Shown in pieces: positions 1 to 8,333 of a stretch of DNA of 64,000 nt. Both the position numbers and the translations under genes were made by a program. The stretch spans positions 275,824 to 339,823 of the forward strand of contig CAVQPB010000005.1 of the NCBI GenBank assembly GCA_963714525.1, given 5' to 3'. Each line of letters opens with the position of its first letter. The stretch's first letter is position 1. The notes under the pieces are model-generated. The model was given only the letters and a program-made list of their open reading frames with translations. It did not search any database and was not told the DNA's origin. This DNA is from an uncultured Pseudomonadota bacterium. GTDB taxonomy: Bacteria; Pseudomonadota; Gammaproteobacteria; Burkholderiales; JALYOK01.

Positions 1-1
1 G

Positions 2-706
<705 letters not shown>

Positions 707-713
707 TATCTCA

Positions 714-748
714 GCTAAATCCTAGCTCCTAAATCCTAATCCCTGCTT
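714..748. repeat. Five degenerate 7-bp tandem units (consensus CCTAAAT)
   Basis: gctaaat cctagct cctaaat cctaatc cctgctt between rho and msrB. Confidence 0.5.
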
Positions 749-751
749 TTT

Positions 752-1150
752 ATGTCCGATAAAGTCATCAAATCCGATAAAGAATGGGCGGCGATGTTGA
801 CGCCGATGCAGTACAAAGTCACGCGTAAACACGGCACTGAGCCGGCCTTCAGCGGCGAATATCACGACAGCAAAACACCCGGCACCTACAACTGCATATG
901 TTGCGGCAACCCATTGTTTAGCTCGGACACCAAGTTCGATTCCGGCACCGGTTGGCCGAGTTACTGGCAGCCCATCGCGCCCGACAGAGTGGCGGAACAT
1001 GAAGACAACAGCTTCTTCATGCGCCGCACGGAAGTTCTATGCAGCCGTTGCGACGCCCATCTCGGCCACGTCTTCGAAGATGGGCCGGCGCCGACGGGAT
1101 TGCGTTATTGCATGAACTCGGCTGCGCTCAAGCTCGACAAGAACAAATAA
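752..1150 (+). CDS. msrB: Peptide-methionine (R)-S-oxide reductase
   Basis: [17 protein letters not shown], two CxxC zinc pairs and RYCMNS. Confidence 0.97.
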   Translation: MSDKVIKSDKEWAAMLTPMQYKVTRKHGTEPAFSGEYHDSKTPGTYNCICCGNPLFSSDTKFDSGTGWPSYWQPIAPDRVAEHEDNSFFMRRTEVLCSRCDAHLGHVFEDGPAPTGLRYCMNSAALKLDKNK

Positions 1151-1164
1151 TTCTTGAGTATCCC

Positions 1165-1247
1165 TGTCATTCCCGCGCAGGCGGGAATCCGATTTGGCCG
1201 ATGTTGCGAGAATCGGCCATGGATTCCGCGCCTGCGCGGGAATGACA
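1165..1247. repeat. Palindromic REP/dRS3-like pair (TGTCATTCCCGCGCAGGCGGGAATC ... GGGAATGACA)
   Basis: Terminal inverted repeats with ATTCCC-N8-GGGAAT cores; near-identical copy at 19657-19724. Confidence 0.85.
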
Positions 1248-1339
1248 TAAGGGTCACCGCCTCCCCGAATGAAAGCAGCATATAATCTCTTTTTGTTTCG
1301 TAAATTTCGCGCCCGTACGGCAGCGAACTGAATATAGCC

Positions 1340-2434
1340 ATGTTGATGAATGACCCGCTCGCAAAATATAATACCGACGATCTGCGCATCAAGGAGATCA
1401 AGGAGCTCTCGCCTCCCAGTCATATATTGCGCGAGTTTCCGATGTCGCCGAACGCGGCGGAGACGACCTACGAAGCACGCCAGGCGATCCATCGCATTCT
1501 GCATGGCGCCGACGATCGATTGCTCGTTGTGATCGGGCCGTGTTCGATCCACGATGTGCATGCAGCGCAGGAATATGCCACCCGCTTGCTCGAGCAAAAG
1601 CGCGCGTTGGAAAAAGATTTAGTGATTGTTATGCGCGTGTATTTCGAGAAACCGCGCACCACCGTCGGCTGGAAGGGTCTCATCAACGATCCCGATCTGG
1701 ATGGCAGTTTTCAGATCAACAAAGGCTTGCGCGCGGCGCGGCGATTGTTGCTGGAACTGAACGAGCAAGGCATGCCCGCCGCGACAGAATATCTCGACAT
1801 GATTTCACCGCAGTACGTGGCCGATCTCATCAGTTGGGGCGCTATCGGCGCGCGCACCACCGAGAGCCAAGTGCATCGCGAACTCGCTTCGGGATTATCG
1901 TGCCCGGTCGGATTCAAGAACGGCACCGATGGTAATCTCAAAATCGCGGTGGACGCGATTCGTGCATCGCAAGGCGCGCATCATTTCTTGTCGGTAACCA
2001 AGGCGGGACATTCGGCGATCGTCTCCACCACCGGTAACGAAGATACCCATATTATTTTACGCGGTGGCAAGCAGACGAATTACGATGCCGCGAGCATCGA
2101 CGCCGCAGCCCAAGAATTGGGCAAAGCCGGTCTCGCGGCGCGGGTCATGGTCGATATGAGCCACGCCAATAGTTCGAAGGAATACGCTCGTCAAATGCTG
2201 GTCGCCGACGATATCGGTGATCAAATTTCTGCCGGCGACGATCGCATTTTTGGCGTCATGGTCGAGAGTCATTTGCATGCAGGGCGTCAGGATCTGGTGC
2301 CGGGAAAAGAACTCGCCTACGGCCAAAGCATCACCGATGCGTGCATAGGCTGGGACGACAGCGCCGCGATGCTGCAGAAGTTGGCTGCGGCGGTTCGCGC
2401 GCGGCGGCTCGCACTAGAAAGCAAGATCGCGTAA
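1340..2434 (+). CDS. aroG: 3-deoxy-7-phosphoheptulonate (DAHP) synthase, class I-alpha
   Basis: GPCSIHD, YFEKPRTTVGWKGLIND, GARTTESQVHR and GFKNGTDG; the feedback isoform cannot be assigned. Confidence 0.93.
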   Translation: MLMNDPLAKYNTDDLRIKEIKELSPPSHILREFPMSPNAAETTYEARQAIHRILHGADDRLLVVIGPCSIHDVHAAQEYATRLLEQKRALEKDLVIVMRVYFEKPRTTVGWKGLINDPDLDGSFQINKGLRAARRLLLELNEQGMPAATEYLDMISPQYVADLISWGAIGARTTESQVHRELASGLSCPVGFKNGTDGNLKIAVDAIRASQGAHHFLSVTKAGHSAIVSTTGNEDTHIILRGGKQTNYDAASIDAAAQELGKAGLAARVMVDMSHANSSKEYARQMLVADDIGDQISAGDDRIFGVMVESHLHAGRQDLVPGKELAYGQSITDACIGWDDSAAMLQKLAAAVRARRLALESKIA

Positions 2435-3390
2435 CGTCGATTACACGCAAGATTTGTTTTCTACCGCACCTTGCCTGGGGCCTTTGCTGGGCTTGCCTCC
2501 TGGCGTGGCATGGCCTGGGAGCCGCACCCCTATTGGCGCCTGGCGATGATGGTCAGCAAGTTATTCTGCAACAACCGGCACAACGGGTTATCTCCCTCGC
2601 GCCTCACCTAACGGAACTGATCTACGCCGCCGGCGCCGGCGATAAGCTGGTTGCGGTTTCTGCATACAGCGATTACCCCGAGGCAGCGAAGAGTCTGCCT
2701 CAAGTCGGCGACGCGTCCAATCTCGATCTCGAACGTATCGTCATGCTCAAACCCGATTTGGTGCTGGCTTGGAAAAGCAACGTCAGTCCGTTCGCCGTCG
2801 AGCGGTTACGTCGACTGTCGATTCCTGTTTATGTAACGGAAACCCGTCGCCTGGCAGGTATCCCAAAATTATTGCGCAGCATCGGCACACTCATGGGAAC
2901 GACGAGCACTGCCGAACACGCCGCGCAGAATTTTGCGGATCGAGTGCGCGATTTGGAGGAGGGCGCGCGCGGACAAACGATCATCCCGACCTTCATCGAG
3001 ATTTGGCACGATCCGCTCTTAAGCGTAAACGACGAACACATCATGAGCGAAGTGGTCTCGCTGTGCGGCGGCAGAAATATTCTGGCGAACGCGCCGATCC
3101 TGACTCCGAGCATCGGCCTGGAAACCTTGCTGGAAGCCGATCCTGGCGCGATCATCGGCGGCGGTTCGGCGGCGACTGCGGATGATTTTACGCCTGTGTG
3201 GGAAAAACACACGAGCCTAGCGGCAGTACGAAAGCGCAGCGTTTTCTTTGTCAATCCCGACTGGATCCAGCGCGCGGCGCCGCGCATTTTATTGGGCGCG
3301 AAAGTGATTTGTGAAGGCTTGCCTGCGCTCGCTCAAGTCGTTCGAAGTAAGAATTTGATAGCCACCGAGTCATTCCCACGAAAGCGGTAA
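2341..3390 (+). CDS. btuF: Periplasmic cobalamin-binding-like ABC substrate-binding protein (BtuF family); true start unresolved, probably after about 2435
   Basis: QRVISLAPHLTELIYAAGAG, YSDYP, LKPDLVLAW and NPDWIQRAAPRI. Confidence 0.8.
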   Translation: MHRLGRQRRDAAEVGCGGSRAAARTRKQDRVTSITRKICFLPHLAWGLCWACLLAWHGLGAAPLLAPGDDGQQVILQQPAQRVISLAPHLTELIYAAGAGDKLVAVSAYSDYPEAAKSLPQVGDASNLDLERIVMLKPDLVLAWKSNVSPFAVERLRRLSIPVYVTETRRLAGIPKLLRSIGTLMGTTSTAEHAAQNFADRVRDLEEGARGQTIIPTFIEIWHDPLLSVNDEHIMSEVVSLCGGRNILANAPILTPSIGLETLLEADPGAIIGGGSAATADDFTPVWEKHTSLAAVRKRSVFFVNPDWIQRAAPRILLGAKVICEGLPALAQVVRSKNLIATESFPRKR

Positions 3391-3491
3391 AACGAGACCG
3401 TAGGCCGAAGTTTTGGGAAACGGCCGTTCAGAGACTTTCAAAAAATAATAAGAGCTCCCCACCTTCGCAGGGATAATGTCCTTTGATCTTG

Positions 3492-4406
3492 TCAAGTTTT
3501 TGTAGACGACTTAATCGTTGAATTATGTTTTAGCTGTAGTTCGTAATATTCGTTTTCGAATTGTTTAGGTGATCGATAGCCGAGCGAGGAATGCAATCGC
3601 ACCGGGTTATAGAACATTTCGATGTACGCCACGATATCCGCCTTTGCGATCTCTCGCGTTTGGTAAATCTTTTGTAAATACACCCGCTCGGTCTTCAGCG
3701 TTTTCCAAAAGCTTTCCATTGCCGCATTATCGAAACAATTACCTTTGCCGCTCATGCTCGGCCGCAAGCGATAATGCTTGATGCGTTTTCGCATGGCCTT
3801 GGCGGCATACTGACTGCCCCGATCGGAATGGAAGATTGCACCCGGCGCCGGATGCTTGCGAAACCACGCCATCGTGAGTGCGTCCAGTACCAAGTCCACC
3901 GTCATCCTGGGTTTGATTGCCCAACCCACAATCGCCCGCGTATACAAATCCATCACCGCCGCCAAATACAGCCAGCCTTCTTGGGTGCGAATGTAAGTGA
4001 TGTCGCTTACGAACGCTTGGTTGGGTCCACTGGGCTGGTGTTCGGGCTCGGCTAACAAATTGGCGGCGATCGGGTTCGGATGATTCGAGTCCGTGGTCGC
4101 CTTGAACTTCCGACGCGTCTTGGCACGAATACCGTGGTTGCGCATCAATGATTTGATCCGATTCAGGCTACCCTCGTAACCGTGTTCGGCTTGCAGCACG
4201 GCACAAATTCGTGGCGCGCCGTAAATGCCACCAGAACCGTTGTGAATGGTTTTGACCAAAAACAACAAGCGCTGTTGCTCGATCACACGCGGCGCCGGCG
4301 CCCGATTCTTCCAGGCGTGATAGCCCGAGACGCACACGCTGAGCGTTTCACACGCTAGCGTCAGCGGATAGTCACACAGCGCGTTCTGAACAAAGGCGTA
4401 CTTCAC
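3492..4406 (-). CDS. IS3 transposase OrfB (DDE/integrase core)
   Basis: SDITYIRT, HSDRGSQY, GNCFDNAAMESFWKTLK and FYNPVRLHSSLGY; GTGA overlap with the orfA stop. Confidence 0.95.
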   Translation of the reverse strand: MKYAFVQNALCDYPLTLACETLSVCVSGYHAWKNRAPAPRVIEQQRLLFLVKTIHNGSGGIYGAPRICAVLQAEHGYEGSLNRIKSLMRNHGIRAKTRRKFKATTDSNHPNPIAANLLAEPEHQPSGPNQAFVSDITYIRTQEGWLYLAAVMDLYTRAIVGWAIKPRMTVDLVLDALTMAWFRKHPAPGAIFHSDRGSQYAAKAMRKRIKHYRLRPSMSGKGNCFDNAAMESFWKTLKTERVYLQKIYQTREIAKADIVAYIEMFYNPVRLHSSLGYRSPKQFENEYYELQLKHNSTIKSSTKT

Positions 4407-4702
4407 TTGCTCTCCTTGGCAAAGTACGCCGCGGCCTTTTTTAGGATGTCGCGCTCCATCTTCAATCGTTGTACCTCTTGCCGTAAGCGGCTCAACTCCT
4501 GTTGTTCAGCAGTGACGCGTAATCGCGGTGCACCTGTCACCAATTCACCCGCTCGATATTTCTTTGCCCACCCCTGAATCAATTTCGGCAGCACACCCAA
4601 TTGCTTTCCCGCTTGCGCAAAACTATAGCCCTGATCCAATACCAGCTTCGCCGCCTCAATCTTAAATTCCGCCGTAAATTGCCGGCGCTTCAACTTTTCC
4701 AT
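4403..4702 (-). CDS. IS3 transposase OrfA (HTH)
   Basis: RRQFTAEFKIEAAKLV ... LKMERDILKKAAAYFAKES. Confidence 0.95.
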   Translation of the reverse strand: MEKLKRRQFTAEFKIEAAKLVLDQGYSFAQAGKQLGVLPKLIQGWAKKYRAGELVTGAPRLRVTAEQQELSRLRQEVQRLKMERDILKKAAAYFAKESK

Positions 4703-4844
4703 CTTCGACTCCTTTCAAGGTACCCACTAAATTTACCTCGATTAAGTCGTCTATTGAAATATTACAAGATCACTTTTACTTGTTTCCCGCAACACCCAGA
4801 CGCTTTTGTTTTCCACGATTTATTTGCCAACAGTTTTGTTGATT

Positions 4845-5228
4845 TCAATCGGCTAAAGCTGAGCATTTACCACAAACACCTAGGCGAAGCTCCTCGAACA
4901 AATCCTTAGTCTGGTTAGAATCATTGCCTGTTGTGATGATGACTACCCAAGACTCCTTCGATTGTTTGGCCAAGCATCGTAAAACGCCACGCACATCACC
5001 AACTGAAAATGCCGCTGTGGTATCTGTGATTTTCTTTTCCGTGAAGTGCCAATTCTTATCGGTATTGGTGAATACTTCGTCCACTAGTTTTCCACACCAA
5101 GTCATCGATTCCGGGTAGACATAATAATAGTGGTAGTACGTCGGCGTTTTGGCAAAGGCTATCGCAGAGATAAATGTTAAGGCGCAAGCGGCCGCGAATA
5201 CTTGTAAGCTTTTAAACAGAATCATCAT
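4845..5228 (-). CDS. Hypothetical exported protein, 127 aa
   Basis: RBS (aggagg) and Sec signal peptide (...SAIAFA/K); directly downstream of the serine hydrolase. Confidence 0.75.
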   Translation of the reverse strand: MMILFKSLQVFAAACALTFISAIAFAKTPTYYHYYYVYPESMTWCGKLVDEVFTNTDKNWHFTEKKITDTTAAFSVGDVRGVLRCLAKQSKESWVVIITTGNDSNQTKDLFEELRLGVCGKCSALAD

Positions 5229-5276
5229 ATCCTCCTAGTTATCATTGACCGTCTGGTCCGTCGACTGCTCAGCCTT

Positions 5277-7226
5277 CTACTTAGTCCAATAGACCGTGTA
5301 GCGCACCTTGCCCCCCTCTTCGCACTCAGTGATCGCCCGCGTGCGAAAACCAGCACTCATCGCGTCTTCCCAACTGGTTACGAATTGCGCGGCGGTTAGC
5401 CCGTGGCTTGCTTTCAAGGCGGACACTTCAGGTTTCTCCGCCCAAATGGCCGAAAAGTGGAGCTTGCCCTGGTGAAGGTAGCTGTTCAGGTAGTGGAGAT
5501 GTCTCCCGCTCGCTTTGTTCTCATCGAACTTGGTCTGGTACTCCTCAGGGGTAAGGAATGAACGAGCTTCGAAATTTCCGATCGCCTCCTTGCTGTACAG
5601 AGCCGTGTAGCGCAGCTTCCCGCCCACCGAGGCCACGGATATGACCTTGGGCCTCCATCCATCGCTCTTCAACGAGTCGAACGATTTCTGATGTTCCTCG
5701 GCAGTGCTGCCGTGGTAAGCGGTAAATGCACCACTCGATTTTCTCCAGATGGCCGCATAAAGAACATCATTACCGACCACGTAAGAATCGACGTGTACCA
5801 ATGAAAATCCCTCTCCGCGGTATTTATCGAAATTTTGCTGATAGGTTGTGCCAGTCATGCTGCCATGATTTCTCCAATCGATCCCCTGTTCGTCCGTTCG
5901 GAAAATCACATTGAACTTCGCCTTTCCGTCATCGGTGTACCCATCGATCCATTCGAGCCGATAACCTGATTGGACAGCCTCGTCAAAAACCTGTTTGTAC
6001 TCGTTCGCCGGGACTCCGTGCCGAGCGTATTCGCAGGAACAGACGGATTTGCCCTGTTTCCAGAGGTCGAAGGTCGCGGGCACGTTGGAAGCAGGAACAG
6101 CTTGGGCTATGTCGCCCGCAAGACGGCTCAGACTTGATGTAGGGAACCCTATGTTTGTAGCAACGGCGACGTGAACCCCGCGCAAATCCACGTTGGTAGA
6201 GTCCTCGGTAAACATGGCCACGTAGGCCGCGCCGTAGCCAGCCCCACCGCTGTGTCCTAGTTTGCCTGATGACCCACTCCAGCCCATGCTATCGAGCTCC
6301 GCCGTCGTGTGCTTCTTAGCGAGGGAGGCCGTCAAGCTCAAGAGGCTCTGAGCAGAGCATGTGAACCCTCCCGCAGCCAAACCTAAATCGCTTTCCCTGA
6401 AGTCAGCTCTTTCAGGCTTAGCGTCTTTATTGAATTCGTGGTTGTGCGCGTCGCAGGAATCCGGGTTTGCCCTTCGCGGCCGCACGGCATGGTGCAGCTT
6501 CATGGGTTTAAGATAGTTCTCCCGAACGTAGTCCGGGTAGGATTTTCCCGACATCTTCTGGATGAGCAAGGTCCACAGGCCGAAGCCGTGATTTGAGTAT
6601 GATTTCCCATCATTTTTACCTAGTTCTTTTAATAGCTCAGGAGAGGGCGTCGTTCCGGGCTCATAAATGGGTCTCTCCTGCAGGAAGTGACGATGCACTT
6701 GTTCATAGGTCAGCTCATCTACCGAAACATCGAACAGTTCGGCCGCGCCATCATTACTCCCACTTCCTATAAAGCCAGCCTTGTGATCCAGCAGATTTTG
6801 AATGGTGATCTTTTCGTACCATGCCTTCCACTTGGCTGCATCTGGCATGTTCTTCTTAAGGCCATTTTTAATGCCAATATCGATGTCGGCATCAAACATG
6901 CCACCGAACAATCCTTTCGGACCATAAAGCTTCGTTGACTTGGGATCGATCTTCTTCGACTTCATCAACCGGAAGCCGGCTGGTCCGGTGACGACGGCTT
7001 TCGCCACACTCCCGGTTTCGCTGCGCGAGCACGGTTTCATCGGCAATTTCCTCGTTCCTTCCACGAGAGCGGAGCCGTAGCCCTTCGATAGGAGAAGCCG
7101 TCCCTCTTTTGTAACGGCAACCGTCATTCCCGGCAAGGTTTTTTCCTCAACCAATGCCTCGACGAGACTATCGACCTTTTCCTCAAGTTTATCCCAGGCC
7201 TCGCCTGTGGATTTTGGTGTATTCAT
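5277..7226 (-). CDS. Beta-lactamase-fold serine hydrolase with five C-terminal polyglycine-hydrolase-like tandem repeats (BTRD1-type)
   Basis: SxxK (GSVAK), YxN (YSN) and HxG (GHSGG); five ~50-aa repeats of the form HG...YQ..FD....G........Y..G...Y.AIW; RBS aggag; no signal peptide. Confidence 0.88.
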   Translation of the reverse strand: MNTPKSTGEAWDKLEEKVDSLVEALVEEKTLPGMTVAVTKEGRLLLSKGYGSALVEGTRKLPMKPCSRSETGSVAKAVVTGPAGFRLMKSKKIDPKSTKLYGPKGLFGGMFDADIDIGIKNGLKKNMPDAAKWKAWYEKITIQNLLDHKAGFIGSGSNDGAAELFDVSVDELTYEQVHRHFLQERPIYEPGTTPSPELLKELGKNDGKSYSNHGFGLWTLLIQKMSGKSYPDYVRENYLKPMKLHHAVRPRRANPDSCDAHNHEFNKDAKPERADFRESDLGLAAGGFTCSAQSLLSLTASLAKKHTTAELDSMGWSGSSGKLGHSGGAGYGAAYVAMFTEDSTNVDLRGVHVAVATNIGFPTSSLSRLAGDIAQAVPASNVPATFDLWKQGKSVCSCEYARHGVPANEYKQVFDEAVQSGYRLEWIDGYTDDGKAKFNVIFRTDEQGIDWRNHGSMTGTTYQQNFDKYRGEGFSLVHVDSYVVGNDVLYAAIWRKSSGAFTAYHGSTAEEHQKSFDSLKSDGWRPKVISVASVGGKLRYTALYSKEAIGNFEARSFLTPEEYQTKFDENKASGRHLHYLNSYLHQGKLHFSAIWAEKPEVSALKASHGLTAAQFVTSWEDAMSAGFRTRAITECEEGGKVRYTVYWTK

Positions 7227-7308
7227 GATTTATCTCCTGACTATAATCAATTCGACGTCCGAACCATTTCCGCAAAACCAGCGGATACTGCCTGCTAATC
7301 CATGACCA

Positions 7309-7392
7309 CTAACTAATGACCGGCGCATTTGCCAAAGCCGTTTTGACGCGTTGCCGAACAATTCGAGGGAATGTGTATTCATTGTGAAACAT
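7309..7392 (-). CDS. Putative 27-aa small ORF (MFHNEYTFPRIVRQRVKTALANAPVIS)
   Basis: Strong RBS GAAGGAGCAACATC-ATG, nearly identical to the leader of the 12408 gene; 98 bp downstream of motif copy 1. Confidence 0.4.
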   Translation of the reverse strand: MFHNEYTFPRIVRQRVKTALANAPVIS

Positions 7393-7489
7393 GATGTTGC
7401 TCCTTCTAACTAGGAATGAATGTCGCAAATTGCGTTGTCCGCGACGCGAGGTCGGGCGTCCGTCATTCGGCGATGCCCTTCTACTCACT

Positions 7490-7518
7490 AATGGCGCAGG
7501 AATCGTCAAAAGCGGTCA
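7490..7518 (-). promoter_or_regulatory. Putative ECF promoter, copy 1 (TGACCGCTTT-N10-TGCGCCATT)
   Basis: Exact 10+9 nt match with a 10-nt spacer in four places, each upstream of a minus-strand unit. Confidence 0.75.
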
Positions 7519-7715
7519 GAAATAGGGGTGGCTGTCGCCTCGTGGTTGATAACCCGTCCGGCGAAACCGATAGCGCCATGCAATTTGAGCGCGGGATTTT
7601 AAACACGTTAGCGCCAATGGGGCTAACGCTTTTGGCCTATGTCGTTTAGTCTATTGTCTTCGACACAGTGATGGCTTAGGCTAAGTCACGTTGAAATCCA
7701 CCGAATGGATAAGCG

Positions 7716-8333
7716 ATGGAACCGGTAGTGACCTGGAACGATGTGCATGGTCTGATGAGCGATGTTCGGGTGATCGCGCGCCGCTTGCTTAGGTTCGAAG
7801 CACATGCGCAATCGCTGCAAACCACTGGACTGGTGTTGACCGGATTAAGACGGCAACGGCTCGCCGATCAAGACTGGAGTGAGGTGACGTGGCAGAATCG
7901 CGAGCGCTTTCTCGCTGCGATGTACCGCGCCATGGACCGCGCGCTAAAGGATCACGGACGGCGCCGCACGGCACAAAAACGCTGGGCTCGGCAAAGCATC
8001 GCGATAGAAGATTTGTCGCCGAACGAATTGTTACGCACCGCCGACTTTCAGCCTCACGAAATGGAACGTGTCCTCGATGAACGTCCGGAAGTCATCGAAG
8101 CCCTCGCCGAGGCACTCGCTTCGTTGGAACAAAATCATCCCGATTGGGCTTGGATCGCGAAGCATCGTTACTACGGCGCGCTGACGATCGAACAGACTGC
8201 TCAAGTCATGGGCATCGGCGAGCGCACCGTCCGACGGCACTGGGAGCAGGCACGCATCCTGCTGCACGACGAAATCGTCCGCGGCTTGAGCGCACGCGGC
8301 TACGAAGCCCAGGAGATGGAGTGCAGTCGTTAA
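7716..8333 (+). CDS. ECF-type RNA polymerase sigma factor (TIGR02999 / Sigma70_ECF family, kinase-associated)
   Basis: SLQTTGLV, WQNRERFLAAMYRAMDRALKDHGRRRTAQKR and RYYGALTIEQTAQVMGIGERTVRRHW. Confidence 0.9.
   Translation: MEPVVTWNDVHGLMSDVRVIARRLLRFEAHAQSLQTTGLVLTGLRRQRLADQDWSEVTWQNRERFLAAMYRAMDRALKDHGRRRTAQKRWARQSIAIEDLSPNELLRTADFQPHEMERVLDERPEVIEALAEALASLEQNHPDWAWIAKHRYYGALTIEQTAQVMGIGERTVRRHWEQARILLHDEIVRGLSARGYEAQEMECSR

Larger units (their letters stand above)
3484..4772 (-). mobile_element. Intact IS3-family insertion sequence, 1289 bp
   Basis: Imperfect 34-bp terminal IRs (TGATCTTGT...TAGACGACTTAATCG), 3-bp CTT target duplication (3481-3483 and 4773-4775), orfA/orfB, and an A6G slippery site at 4436-4442. 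Confidence 0.95.

Noticed and set aside
2300-2520. Cobalamin riboswitch upstream of the BtuF-like gene
   Set aside because: There is no intergenic space after aroG and no B12-box was recognised.
7520-7715. Plus-strand autoregulatory copy of the ECF motif upstream of the sigma gene
   Set aside because: TAACC...CGCCAT at 7550-7579 is 2 nt too long in spacing and matches poorly. The GTTAGC-N9-GCTAAC palindrome nearby cannot be assigned to a regulator.
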